The notes under the pieces were generated by a model, which saw only the letters and a program-made list of their open reading frames with translations, was not told the origin of the DNA and did not search any database. A DNA stretch of 64,000 nucleotides from a virus. The stretch is from positions 32,001 to 96,000 of IMG/VR virus record IMGVR_UViG_3300042397_001782, one strand, 5' to 3'. How positions within the stretch are numbered: the first letter of the stretch is position 1; the number at the start of each line of letters is the position of its first letter. The translations under genes and the position numbers were made by a program. Below are positions 19,147 through 28,600 of this stretch, one piece after another.

Positions 19147-19338
19147 TTAAATTGTGCCAATTTTTTTAATTGTGTATACATGTCCTGAATCTGAATTAAC
19201 CTCAAATCTAGCTCTCATTTCTTCTGCTTCTTCAATTGTATGATATTCTAATACTTCTCCATGAGTGTCTAAAAGAATAACTGGTAATTCTTTATTTGTT
19301 TTTGGATCTTTAATTTTTTTAATAATTACATAGTTCAT
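19147..19338 (-). CDS. Hypothetical protein
   Basis: Co-oriented ORF. Confidence 0.65.
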   Translation of the reverse strand: MNYVIIKKIKDPKTNKELPVILLDTHGEVLEYHTIEEAEEMRARFEVNSDSGHVYTIKKIGTI

Positions 19339-19455
19339 AAAATTTATTTTATTGTTTTAACTTTCTTTTTGTAGCAGTGTTTAATTTTTTTATTGCTGTA
19401 GGATTTTCTCTACAATAATAAATTGGAGGGAATTACCATAGTTAGTTTTTTATTA

Positions 19456-19605
19456 TTAATTCATACAATGAATATACAACCCCATAAATGTTGCATTGGG
19501 GTATTCTATTTCCCATTGTTGGTAAGCCTCGCAAACAGTACCTTCGTATGTTTTTCCGTTGCTAAATAAATCTTCTTTTTCAAGTTTAAATACTATATGT
19601 ATCAT
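19456..19605 (-). CDS. Small hypothetical protein (49 aa)
   Basis: Manual translation MIHIVFKLEKEDLFSNGKTYEG...; below the ORF track cutoff. Confidence 0.5.
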   Translation of the reverse strand: MIHIVFKLEKEDLFSNGKTYEGTVCEAYQQWEIEYPNATFMGLYIHCMN

Positions 19606-19639
19606 AATTTATAATTTTTTTATTTGGTTTGGTTCTATA

Positions 19640-20113
19640 TTATTGAGGTCTTTTTATTGTAGATTCGTTTGCATTTTTTACACTAACTTTTTCCGCTTCG
19701 TAATAATTCCAATAGGCTTCCACGCTATTACCTGGAACTTTGTATTTATCGGGCATACATTGTGGCATAGGGGTTAATTCTGTTTTGGTTACATTAACAG
19801 GGGGATTCCTAAGCATATCACTACATTTTAATATAGTTAAATGTTGTTTACCATAACGTCTTGTATACTCTTCCCCTAGTGCAACCATATGTTTATACAA
19901 CCACTTGTAATTAGAGATGGACTCCCTTGCCCATACCGCTGATGGGTGATTTTTATGAGTTACTTTGTAAGGAACATTAGCCTTATCTCCATCAGAAATG
20001 ATATGAGCGGTGCATAGTAATTGTGCAGACTCTAGTATCATCTTTACTACATGTTTGTTATACATGTACTCAGCGGCTTTTTTGGGATCTGTAGACAGAT
20101 AGAATATATTCAT
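19640..20113 (-). CDS. Pyrimidine-dimer DNA glycosylase/endonuclease V-like protein
   Basis: MNIFYL...HVVKMILESAQLLCTAH...THKNHPSAVW...EYTRRYGKQH. Confidence 0.8.
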   Translation of the reverse strand: MNIFYLSTDPKKAAEYMYNKHVVKMILESAQLLCTAHIISDGDKANVPYKVTHKNHPSAVWARESISNYKWLYKHMVALGEEYTRRYGKQHLTILKCSDMLRNPPVNVTKTELTPMPQCMPDKYKVPGNSVEAYWNYYEAEKVSVKNANESTIKRPQ

Positions 20114-20137
20114 ATTTTTTGATTTTATTTGCTAGGT

Positions 20138-20323
20138 TTAATAATTTCTAGTGGTATCTCTGATGGCTCTTTCTCTTTGTTTTTCTTGTTCCCAATAATA
20201 CCAATTTTTCTGCTCATCAGTAAGTACAAGGGTCTTTGCATCTTTCTCTGCCTTTAGATAGCCTTCATCAAAAATTCTAGTGTGAGTTTGTGGAAATACT
20301 TTTTTTATTATTCTTTGTAACAT
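20138..20323 (-). CDS. Hypothetical protein
   Basis: Start moved to MLQRII (20323) because a TAnnTTTG element lies at 20344-20351. Confidence 0.55.
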   Translation of the reverse strand: MLQRIIKKVFPQTHTRIFDEGYLKAEKDAKTLVLTDEQKNWYYWEQEKQRERAIRDTTRNY

Positions 20324-20393
20324 ATATCTATTAAATTTAAGTGCAAAATTAATAATTATTTTTTTAAACAAGTTATTTTTTTTAAGACTATAA

Positions 20394-20600
20394 TTAACCA
20401 TTATAGTTTCTATCTACTTTTACTATATGAGAATAGTTATTCCCTCTACTTGTAAACGCACTTCTAGTATTGGGAGACAATGTACTCGGCCAGAGTTTAT
20501 TTAGGTCAACAGGGTTGTTATCTACGCTTTTAGCTTTTTTACGAGCCACTAAAGCAGCTAATTTAATGTCAATGGGGTTTGTTAAAATTGGATCTTTCAT
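20394..20600 (-). CDS. Hypothetical protein
   Basis: Co-oriented ORF. Confidence 0.55.
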   Translation of the reverse strand: MKDPILTNPIDIKLAALVARKKAKSVDNNPVDLNKLWPSTLSPNTRSAFTSRGNNYSHIVKVDRNYNG

Positions 20601-20726
20601 TTTAAAAATTTTTAATGTTAATAATTTTAATGTTAATAGTTTAAAAACTACACCTAACAGATATTATATACTATTAGGTGTAATTCAATTAAAGGGTTTA
20701 TAGTTAAGTTTAATGTCTTTATAAAT

Positions 20727-20960
20727 TTATTGTAAATAATCAGTCATTAGACTATCTAATTGTCCTTGCAATTCTACTCTTCCTACAAAGGTATTGTTGT
20801 CAAATACTTCTACAGAAGAATCTACTACATATATTCTAAAGCTACAATCAGTTGGCTCTGAATGAGAATGAATTGTAGTTTCTAAAATCATAGCTAACAT
20901 AATAGCTAAAATTATAATTAAAAATGCAGTGGTGCTTATCAAAAAAGTTGTTACTTTCAT
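20727..20960 (-). CDS. Small protein with N-terminal TM
   Basis: Hydrophobic N-terminus. Confidence 0.6.
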   Translation of the reverse strand: MKVTTFLISTTAFLIIILAIMLAMILETTIHSHSEPTDCSFRIYVVDSSVEVFDNNTFVGRVELQGQLDSLMTDYLQ

Positions 20961-20990
20961 ATTTATAGTTTTAAGGTTAATAATATAAGT

Positions 20991-21182
20991 TTAATTAAGA
21001 TAATCCATTAACTTTCCATAAACAAAGTCTATATCATTATTTAATTCGTTAAGTTGATTTTCAGTCATTTCTTCTCCATTATATTCTGCTCTTACAATAT
21101 AAGCATCACAATAATCGGGATAGTCATTATGGTTGATACCATCAAATTCTATGTCTTTAATCAATTTGTAATCTAATGTCAT
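20991..21182 (-). CDS. Conserved small phage protein
   Basis: DGINHNDYPDYCDAYI motif. Confidence 0.7.
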   Translation of the reverse strand: MTLDYKLIKDIEFDGINHNDYPDYCDAYIVRAEYNGEEMTENQLNELNNDIDFVYGKLMDYLN

Positions 21183-21398
21183 AACTTTTATTTTTTAATT
21201 TATAGTGGAGTAATTAGGGTGAGCATTGTTATCACTTACCCTAAATGGGGTTTCTTTTTTACTACCCTCGTCTAAAAATGACATAAATGCTCCTATGTTT
21301 TCAGTTTCAAGATTACTAAATATACCTCCATTTATTATCTCGTCTAAATCTTCAAAAAATTCTTTAAAGTCCATATTGTTTATTTTTAATTTATAAAA

Positions 21399-21638
21399 CT
21401 AATTAGATGCTTTTATACCTTTATATGTGAAGAAGCCACACAATTCATCTACTAGAAACCAATGTTCTTCATTTTGTTCGTCTATTATTACAACTTCATC
21501 TTCATCATCATCATCTTTAGTGAGATCAATAATTTTGTATTCTTTACCTACAACGAGGGCTTCTTCGCCTGTGCTTCTCATTAAACAAGGGTTAATGGCT
21601 ACTAATTCTGTTCCGATTTGCAATTTACTTTTATCCAT
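21399..21638 (-). CDS. Small SH3-like hypothetical protein
   Basis: LVVGKEYKI...IIDEQNEEHWF; TAnnTTTG at 21672-21679. Confidence 0.6.
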   Translation of the reverse strand: MDKSKLQIGTELVAINPCLMRSTGEEALVVGKEYKIIDLTKDDDDEDEVVIIDEQNEEHWFLVDELCGFFTYKGIKASN

Positions 21639-21735
21639 TTTATTTTATTTTATTTGTTATTAATTTTGGTGCAAAAATATGCTTATTGAAAGGGTGGGTG
21701 TTATAAATTTTGTTGCAATTACTTTAATTTTTGTT

Positions 21736-21966
21736 TCAATTTACGAATAATTCATTATAAATACCCTCTTCTTGAAATTTCAATAGGTATGCTTGACACT
21801 TATTTGTAAAACTTTCTGTGTCTAGTCCTTGCACCTCTACAAATCCGTTAAAGTTAAATGTTTTGAGGGGTTCGCAATGCACCACTTGTTTTTTGCTCTG
21901 AATAAATACATAGTTACCTAGTTGTATTACATTTGTGTTTCCGTCTGTTAAGATCTTTTTTGTCAT
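21736..21966 (-). CDS. Hypothetical early protein
   Basis: Co-oriented; leader motif variant. Confidence 0.6.
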   Translation of the reverse strand: MTKKILTDGNTNVIQLGNYVFIQSKKQVVHCEPLKTFNFNGFVEVQGLDTESFTNKCQAYLLKFQEEGIYNELFVN

Positions 21967-21977
21967 TTTTATGGCTT

Positions 21978-22322
21978 TTAATTATTTTTATAAATTTTAA
22001 TAAATTCTACTATTGCTTGATAAATTGCCTCAAACATACTTCCCTCAATAATGTCTACTAGTACTTCACTTTTTGTATTGTTCACTATTTTTACATGATT
22101 ATCATGTATCTGCACCACGTTATTAAGGTCGTTTATTCTTCCCACTACCTCCATAAGCCAACGCCAGTCGGTGTAGTAGTGTAGTTCACTAGTCATATAC
22201 CCTTGCTCGAAGTATAAGCCATCTGACTTCATTTCTTTTAAGGTTTCTAGGTATTTGCTATCATCGGTATGACGCACCCCCATAAACTCTGCTATTAACT
22301 TATTATTTTCTTGTGTGTTCAT
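21978..22322 (-). CDS. Hypothetical early protein (paralog of 22345-22737)
   Basis: NNKLIAEFMG...YTDWRWLMEVV. Confidence 0.75.
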   Translation of the reverse strand: MNTQENNKLIAEFMGVRHTDDSKYLETLKEMKSDGLYFEQGYMTSELHYYTDWRWLMEVVGRINDLNNVVQIHDNHVKIVNNTKSEVLVDIIEGSMFEAIYQAIVEFIKIYKNN

Positions 22323-22344
22323 TTTTTATGATTTTTAATGTTAA

Positions 22345-22737
22345 TTATTTATTTTTGTTATACCATTTTACAAATTCTACACAAGCATTGTAAACTGCTT
22401 CTATTTTTGAATAGCAATTAGTAACATCTATAAAATAGTCACAGTTTGTTAAGTTTGTTGTTAGGTGCTGAATAATACAGAAATATTCCCCCGTTAAATT
22501 TCCCGATTCATCATCTATAAATGGTGCTGAATTAAAAAAATACCCTAAACTCTCAATCTTTTCAACTACTTGCATAAGCCAATTCCAGTCTGTGTCAAAA
22601 TGCAGAAGTTCAATTCTATTTGCCCATACATCATTTGGAGTAGTAAAGTATTGCCCAAACCACCTTTCATTAGGGTCTTGTTGTAATTTAAACCCCATAA
22701 ACTCTGCTAATAATTTGTTGTTTGTTGTTGTTGTCAT
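22345..22737 (-). CDS. Hypothetical early protein (paralog of 21978-22322)
   Basis: NNKLLAEFMG...DTDWNWLMQVV. Confidence 0.75.
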   Translation of the reverse strand: MTTTTNNKLLAEFMGFKLQQDPNERWFGQYFTTPNDVWANRIELLHFDTDWNWLMQVVEKIESLGYFFNSAPFIDDESGNLTGEYFCIIQHLTTNLTNCDYFIDVTNCYSKIEAVYNACVEFVKWYNKNK

Positions 22738-22740
22738 TTC

Positions 22741-22962
22741 TTATTTATTTATCTGATTAAGTAATTCTTCTTGATGATGTAGGGGCAAATCGGTACATTT
22801 AGTAACGTATTCATTACCATAGCAATCAATTTCTGCTTCTTCTTTGCTACCATAGATAACTATATCATCGTTACTACCAAAACGAACTAAATTGTCGTTG
22901 GCTTTATCCCATATTACAAAATCCGTGTCAAATAATTGTTTTTTTCTTTCTATTGTGTTCAT
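22741..22962 (-). CDS. Hypothetical early protein
   Basis: Preceded by the conserved leader motif. Confidence 0.7.
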   Translation of the reverse strand: MNTIERKKQLFDTDFVIWDKANDNLVRFGSNDDIVIYGSKEEAEIDCYGNEYVTKCTDLPLHHQEELLNQINK

Positions 22963-22974
22963 TTTTTATGATTT

Positions 22975-23232
22975 TTAATTGTTTAATTCATCAAGATTTT
23001 CCTCTAATCCTTCCATTTCTCCAAACTCTCTAATACTGAACCATATTTGCTCCATTGTAGCTTCATTGGTCAATGCACTATATAGCACACTCTGAGCTTC
23101 TTCGTCAGTGCAATTAAATTTAGACTTAACGTCTTCCACCTGCCAAAGATTGTCTGTAAAATATCCAGCGTCTTTAAGTATTTGTTTTGCTTGTTCTACT
23201 TGTTCTTCTTGTTTTGTTGTAATGTTTGTCAT
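22975..23232 (-). CDS. Hypothetical early protein
   Basis: Preceded by the conserved leader motif. Confidence 0.7.
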   Translation of the reverse strand: MTNITTKQEEQVEQAKQILKDAGYFTDNLWQVEDVKSKFNCTDEEAQSVLYSALTNEATMEQIWFSIREFGEMEGLEENLDELNN

Positions 23233-23244
23233 TTTTTATGATTT

Positions 23245-23838
23245 TTAATTGTTTAATAATAAGTCATTTAATCTTTCATTTAGTTGATCTATTGTTGGTA
23301 TTGTTTCACCATTTAATTTACCATCTTCTTTTAAGATTAAATATTTTAATTTATAAGGGGTGTTGACAAAGTAATCATTGTAATTTTCTATTGCATCTTT
23401 TACTTTTATTATTTTTCTTTCATTATCTGTTAATGACTCCCATAAAATAAAGTTTTCTCCAAATACATTTTTTACTATATTTGAGTTAGGAACAATAGAA
23501 AATATAGCTTTTTGTATTTCTTCAGTGCTAAAATCAAGACTATCTGAAAGTGTTTTTAAGCCACTATTTTCTAATGTAGTTCTAAGTTTAGATATACTAT
23601 CTATTTTAAGATTGCCTAACATAGTAGTATGTGTATCCCAGTCCCACTCTTCCATTGTTATATAGTTAGTGTTATTAAAATTCATTTCACTAACATTTCC
23701 CCAATATGTAAATGATTGAGAAAAATTTCCTTTTTGCAGTTTAATAGTTCCCCCTAAATTAAGAGTTAACCATTCTTTTTCTGTAATTACTTTAATGTCT
23801 CCTGTTGGTGCTTGTAAATTGTTAAATAAATTTTCCAT
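23245..23838 (-). CDS. Hypothetical early protein
   Basis: 197-aa co-oriented ORF. Confidence 0.7.
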   Translation of the reverse strand: MENLFNNLQAPTGDIKVITEKEWLTLNLGGTIKLQKGNFSQSFTYWGNVSEMNFNNTNYITMEEWDWDTHTTMLGNLKIDSISKLRTTLENSGLKTLSDSLDFSTEEIQKAIFSIVPNSNIVKNVFGENFILWESLTDNERKIIKVKDAIENYNDYFVNTPYKLKYLILKEDGKLNGETIPTIDQLNERLNDLLLNN

Positions 23839-23911
23839 TTTTTTTTAGTTTTAATTGTTAATAAAGTTAATTTTTTATGAGTTTTAATTGTTTAAATTTT
23901 TACTTGTTTAA

Positions 23912-24100
23912 TTAAGATTTTTTAAATTTGCTATATATGTACCCTTTTTTTTCTGCTAATAGATCTTTAATCTTCCACTCCTCCGATATACTACAGAATA
24001 GTTTTTTACTCGTATGAGTAGAAAATTTACAATACTCCTTTATAATAGCTTTTTTTTCTGCCTCTGTATAGGCAAATGGTTTGATTTTTCCTACTTTCAT
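23912..24100 (-). CDS. Hypothetical early protein
   Basis: Co-oriented ORF. Confidence 0.55.
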   Translation of the reverse strand: MKVGKIKPFAYTEAEKKAIIKEYCKFSTHTSKKLFCSISEEWKIKDLLAEKKGYIYSKFKKS

Positions 24101-24108
24101 TTAATTAT

Positions 24109-24363
24109 TTATTTAGTGGCGTTATTAATTACTTTCTCAATTCTGACTAATAGCCACAACGGCATATCATTCCAGTTATCTTTTCTTTGATAATACTCCT
24201 GTATTTCCTTTAGTAGTTCTAATTTTTCATCTTCGGGATTATGTTTATCTAAATAGTCTCTTAAATCTGATTTTAAATTATACAATAATTCATCTTCATC
24301 TTTATCATTATAGGTGGATGATTGGTATATATTAAATAGTTCGCTATATTGTGTCTCTGTCAT
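24109..24363 (-). CDS. Hypothetical early protein
   Basis: Preceded by the conserved leader motif. Confidence 0.7.
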   Translation of the reverse strand: MTETQYSELFNIYQSSTYNDKDEDELLYNLKSDLRDYLDKHNPEDEKLELLKEIQEYYQRKDNWNDMPLWLLVRIEKVINNATK

Positions 24364-24389
24364 TTTTTATGATTTTAAATTGTTATAAA

Positions 24390-24545
24390 TTAGTTTAATT
24401 TGCCAAATATTTTCTTATAGATAGCATTCAAACTTGTTGCACTATATTGTCTTTGATCCTTTTTGGCTATATAAGTTCCATTCATTCCTAGAGTAATTGA
24501 ATATCCGTTTTTTGATAGTTTTTTTCTTATTGATTCAGTTGTCAT
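24390..24545 (-). CDS. Small basic early protein (51 aa)
   Basis: Manual translation MTTESIRKKLSKNGYSITLG...FGKLN*; has the conserved leader motif. Confidence 0.7.
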   Translation of the reverse strand: MTTESIRKKLSKNGYSITLGMNGTYIAKKDQRQYSATSLNAIYKKIFGKLN

Positions 24546-24576
24546 TTTTTATGATTTTTAAAGTGTTATAAATTTT

Positions 24577-24942
24577 TTATATAGTAGCCTCAGTCAGTTC
24601 GTGAATAGTCAAAAAGATATTATTCGCATATAATTCTAATTTGTCTTTTTTCCATAGTTCTATATCTTCTTCACTTGCTTCACTATTTTCATTGTCCACT
24701 AGTACGCTATAGTGTAAGGTATTTTTTGAAGTGTTTATTCCTTCTTCGTGGTCTATATGTGCATAATCAAAATTAAATTTGTAATATAGTTCGTATTCAA
24801 AATATTTTTGAATAGCTTCTTTTGTAGTTTCTGAATTGATTATTTTACTTTTTAAGGAATAGCCGTTTACATAGTCGGTTTCGCCCTCGTTATAGCTATC
24901 TTTGAAAATTTCGTGGGTACTTGAAATGATAAATTTTTTCAT
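24577..24942 (-). CDS. Hypothetical early protein
   Basis: Co-oriented ORF. Confidence 0.7.
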   Translation of the reverse strand: MKKFIISSTHEIFKDSYNEGETDYVNGYSLKSKIINSETTKEAIQKYFEYELYYKFNFDYAHIDHEEGINTSKNTLHYSVLVDNENSEASEEDIELWKKDKLELYANNIFLTIHELTEATI

Positions 24943-24971
24943 TGGTTTACTTTTTTAAGATATTAATAAAA

Positions 24972-24993
24972 CGGGCGTTTTTAGGCACGCCCG
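24972..24993. other. GC-rich intergenic hairpin
   Basis: CGGGCGT-ttttaggc-ACGCCCG; possible terminator or processing site. Confidence 0.45.
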
Positions 24994-25009
24994 AAGCCTC
25001 TGTAATTAA

Positions 25010-25855
25010 TTAAAAATGTTTTTTTGCTAATTGGTTAAGGTATGCAATTTCAAACGTATGGCACCCGATTTTAATTATTTTTTTGTCTATATAGTTTATG
25101 GAGTAGTCTAGGACACTATCGCCCACCTTTAATATATTTTTTTCTAAACATTCATAAAACTTTTTAGCAATTACGAAAGGAATTTCAACTCTCTGCGTAG
25201 TTTCAAAACGATTTTTTTCTGTGTTATACCTCAAAAAGTCTCTATCCAGTCTTTTATATAGATAGTTAGTTTCGAAATTATACCACTTTGTCAACTCTTT
25301 TTTAAGTAATTTTTTGGCTTCTGCTAGTTTCTTTTTTGCTTCTGTTTTTTGTAGTTCGGATATTTTACTACTAAACTCTAAAAACTCGTTTTTATTTTGT
25401 ACGTTTAGGGCTTCTGCAAGAGTTAAAGGCGTTTCAATCTCAAAAAATTGTACATACTTATCAACTTGACTTTTGATATTATTTAATTGGTTTATATAAA
25501 TTTCGGGTTTTTTTGCCTTTAATAGGCTACGCCCTATATTTTTAGCCTCATTTAGCCACGTTTTAAAGTTTTCCTCGTGGTCTGTTAAATGATAACAATA
25601 AATTTTGTCTATATGACTACTTGCACCCCTTACAATACTAATCTGCTTAGAGGTGGTGTTGCTATAAGATCTTAAAGTGAAAAGTATTTTATTTTCCCCT
25701 CCCCGCTCTATATGTTTAGCAATTGGAAAATGACTCCCGTACGAGTATATCGTATCATTGTGGAAATAAAAATTATTTGTTGGTGTACGGGCTTCGTTTT
25801 GTAATTTATTTGCCCATAGGTGTGCTACTTGTTGTTTATTTACTACTTTTTTCAT
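25010..25855 (-). CDS. Hypothetical early protein
   Basis: VAHLWA...IYSYGSHFPIA...YSNTTSKQ...IGCH; promoter at 25891-25898. Confidence 0.75.
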   Translation of the reverse strand: MKKVVNKQQVAHLWANKLQNEARTPTNNFYFHNDTIYSYGSHFPIAKHIERGGENKILFTLRSYSNTTSKQISIVRGASSHIDKIYCYHLTDHEENFKTWLNEAKNIGRSLLKAKKPEIYINQLNNIKSQVDKYVQFFEIETPLTLAEALNVQNKNEFLEFSSKISELQKTEAKKKLAEAKKLLKKELTKWYNFETNYLYKRLDRDFLRYNTEKNRFETTQRVEIPFVIAKKFYECLEKNILKVGDSVLDYSINYIDKKIIKIGCHTFEIAYLNQLAKKHF

Positions 25856-25887
25856 ATTGTTACTTTTTTAAAGATTTTAAAATAATA

Positions 25888-25918
25888 GGGCAAAGATATA
25901 GTTTTTTAATCTTTGCCC
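25888..25918 (-). promoter_or_regulatory. Hairpin overlapping a TAnnTTTG promoter element
   Basis: GGGCAAAGAT...ATCTTTGCCC; left arm reads TATCTTTG on the minus strand. Confidence 0.5.
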
Positions 25919-25936
25919 CTGTTAATAGTTGTTAAT

Positions 25937-26608
25937 TTAAGACTTTTTAGCTATGGTATAAACATCAAAAGTTTTTCCCGATGCTATTGTTTTGAACTCA
26001 TAGCCTAATTTTTCAAATATTCTAGGATAGCACGAAACGCCAACGCCTCCCTCAATACTCGGAGTTATTCCGTAGCCACTACCATAGCCGAAAATATCCC
26101 TATTTTCTTTGTCTAAATTATCATTCTTTATTGAATATAGGGGCTTTAATACCTCATTAATTTGATTCAGACAATTAGCCACAGACGTACTTTGTTTATC
26201 GTACCCGCACCCGCTTACACTACCCGAAAATACTTTGTTTGTTCTCGTATTGCCTTCTATATCTTTGTAGCTATAAACACACTCAGCCGATGGGTTCATT
26301 CCCCACGTTTTAGATTTTTTCCACTCTATCAATATTTGAGCCTCGATAAATTCCCCCGCCTTGCCAATGGTTAAGACTTGATTAACTTGTCTCTCTATGC
26401 TCTTAAATACTTGCTTTTCTTTACGCTTGATTAAATAGGCTTTAGCCTCCTCTAGCGTTGATTCTTTTAGGCTTTTTCCCTTTGGGAGTAGATTATTATA
26501 GTACCAAATGTCAAGGTCTTGCACCTCGTTAATTTTTTCTAGGTCTGTGATAAAATCGGTTAACCTTGTTTTTTCTTTTGCCTCTATGGCTTTTATTATA
26601 TTTCTCAT
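25937..26608 (-). CDS. Hypothetical early protein
   Basis: SGCGYDKQSTSVA...GGVGVSC. Confidence 0.75.
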   Translation of the reverse strand: MRNIIKAIEAKEKTRLTDFITDLEKINEVQDLDIWYYNNLLPKGKSLKESTLEEAKAYLIKRKEKQVFKSIERQVNQVLTIGKAGEFIEAQILIEWKKSKTWGMNPSAECVYSYKDIEGNTRTNKVFSGSVSGCGYDKQSTSVANCLNQINEVLKPLYSIKNDNLDKENRDIFGYGSGYGITPSIEGGVGVSCYPRIFEKLGYEFKTIASGKTFDVYTIAKKS

Positions 26609-26669
26609 TCTATCCCGTTTATTTATTCAGTTTTGACGGGTTACTGGGTTTTTAATTTAAAGATATTAA

Positions 26670-26834
26670 TTATTTATTATTTTGTTTTATTCCTGTTATA
26701 CACTCTATATAGTTTTTTGTTGGCTTACCCTTACAAGCCTCCATAGCGTTTCTATATTCTATTTGTTTAAATAGATACATCATCGAACATAACGCTAAAA
26801 AGAATAGTATTGTTTTTATTATGTCTTTTTTCAT
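26670..26834 (-). CDS. First leftward gene, small TM protein
   Basis: Start MKKDIIK at 26834, downstream of the promoter. Confidence 0.6.
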   Translation of the reverse strand: MKKDIIKTILFFLALCSMMYLFKQIEYRNAMEACKGKPTKNYIECITGIKQNNK

Positions 26835-26868
26835 ATTGATTATATTTATTTGGTTATGAATTATAGTG

Positions 26869-26899
26869 CAAAGATAGTACATATACAGAACTTGTCAAG
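26869..26899 (-). promoter_or_regulatory. Leftward Bacteroidetes sigma-A promoter
   Basis: -7 TATCTTTG (26869-26876) with TTG about 19 bp upstream. Confidence 0.7.
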
Positions 26900-28060
26900 C
26901 CCCCTAGACGTTAAAGATTGTAAAAAGATATTAATAAATGTAAACTAAAAGATCGCCCCTTTCTTAACACAATTTAACGAAACCACGCATATAACATTCT
27001 AAACTAAATACCCCCAATTATCTTGTTAAACTTTGTTAATGTTTCAGAGATCTATAATAGTATTTTGCTATATCTAAGCTACTAGGATATTGATATGTAA
27101 ATAGGCTTTAATGGGTGGATAGGGGCGAGAGTGGGTATAATAGGTCACTTACCCTTACCCACCAGAAAATAATCGCTTAGAACGCCTCTAATGAGATAAT
27201 GTATAAATATATTCGGACAAATTTGTCTTTTTTTCCTACTGCTAGTTGCACTCCTCCCGTTTTCCCGCCCCTACTTTGCCCCTCCTCTGTACTTTGCACC
27301 CTGTCCGCCCTACTTTGTCCCGCCCTCAATATCCCGCCCCTGTATTGTGCGGGGATATGTAGCCACCCCACCCTATATATATTATTCTATTAGAACTCCC
27401 CTCCCCCCTCCGCCCTATGTATATACCCCGCCCTATATATACCCGCCTATGGATATTCTGTATACTAGTAGATAGACAGACAGACAGACTAGACAGACAG
27501 AGAAACCCTAGAGACTATAGACTAGAGACTAGTCCACCACCACCCGCCCCCAGTCCACAGACTAGGCACAACGCCCACGCCCTAGAGATATTCCCCAAAA
27601 CTATTTCTCGCTAATGGAAAACCGAGTTTTTGGAATTTATGGGAGGGTATTTGAAAATTGGGTCATGCATACGGGCTATGTTATTGATACACCCCACTTT
27701 TCATTCTCACATAACATACGGGGGGATAGTTTTTTTGTTCTACTGGGGGGGATATGATTTTGGGTAGGGCTAAAAAAATTTTAGGGGGGTGGGGGGTGTA
27801 TAAAAAATAAAAAATTAGGGGGAGATTTTCGGGGGTTTGGTTATAGGTAAAACTTGCATATAAATAATTAAAGAAGCGTTAAAAAAAGTACCTAGGAAAA
27901 TCAAGGGTTCCGAGAGGGTGAAAGTACATTTTTGTACTTTTCGTGTACATTTTTGTACTTTTGACCCGCTGAAACCCGCATTTCTTCGTTGAGGGGTTTT
28001 TGGAAAAGGGTGTGATAAATGTGTAAAATAAATTCTTTCTAATAGAAAAATAATTCTTGC
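26900..28060. other. Non-coding divergence region; putative origin or terminus region
   Basis: No credible ORFs; C-rich block with CCGCCC repeats then a G-rich block; AGAC microsatellite; 18-bp direct repeats. Confidence 0.6.
27924..27962. repeat. Two 18-bp iteron-like direct repeats GTACATTTTTGTACTTTT
   Basis: Copies at 27924 and 27945, 21-bp period, each internally palindromic. Confidence 0.85.
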
Positions 28061-28086
28061 TATTTGTATAAAAGTTTGTATCTTTG
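28056..28086 (+). promoter_or_regulatory. Rightward Bacteroidetes sigma-A promoter
   Basis: TTG, 19-bp spacer, TATCTTTG (28079-28086). Confidence 0.7.
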
Positions 28087-28102
28087 CAGAAATATTAAAA
28101 AT

Positions 28103-28531
28103 ATGAAAAAATTAGAAATAGGAACTAGAGTATTTGATATTAGATGGGGGTGGGGAGAAGTTGTAGAATATAGGGAAGATTTTAATGAAATTTCCTATCC
28201 TATTATTGTTAGGTTTGATGGAAAGGGAATAAGTACATACACTCTAAGTGGGGTACATAGTATGGGGGATTCATCTCCTCTATTATCTCTTACAGAATAT
28301 TCTTTAGAGAACGGGGGCTTCACTGATATAAGTGAGTGGGGTAAGCCTAAGGTGGGGGATTTGGGGTATTTCTGGAATTATGAGACTAAATCTTTTGTAT
28401 TCTATTCTAAGCTAATAGGTATTGATAGTTCTTCCACATACAAATATACTATGGCAGATAGTACTGATTGGACATATTTTAGCAAAGAAGTTCCAGAATG
28501 GTTTTTAGATAAAATAAATAAACAAATATAA
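28103..28531 (+). CDS. Hypothetical phage protein
   Basis: Start MKKLEIG at 28103 after the promoter; YPIIVRF...PLLSLTEY. Confidence 0.75.
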   Translation: MKKLEIGTRVFDIRWGWGEVVEYREDFNEISYPIIVRFDGKGISTYTLSGVHSMGDSSPLLSLTEYSLENGGFTDISEWGKPKVGDLGYFWNYETKSFVFYSKLIGIDSSSTYKYTMADSTDWTYFSKEVPEWFLDKINKQI

Positions 28532-28600
28532 AACAATTAGTTATGACGGTTGATATAGTGGAAATAGATGTATTAGGAGGATAGAAAATAAATATATTGT

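Larger units (their letters stand above)
22320..24575 (-). repeat. Dispersed gene-junction motif TTAAACAATTAAAAATCATAAAAAATG
   Basis: Near-identical copies at the ATGs 22322, 22962, 23232, 24363 and 24545; variants near 21966, 23838 and 23870. Confidence 0.85.

Noticed and set aside
21214-21244. Hairpin TTAGGGTGAG...CTTACCCTAA
   Set aside because: Single copy, lacks TAAC/GTTA cores, and lies within a probable small ORF.
27177-27614. Three short ORFs in the divergence region
   Set aside because: They are low-complexity translations of the repeats with atypical composition.
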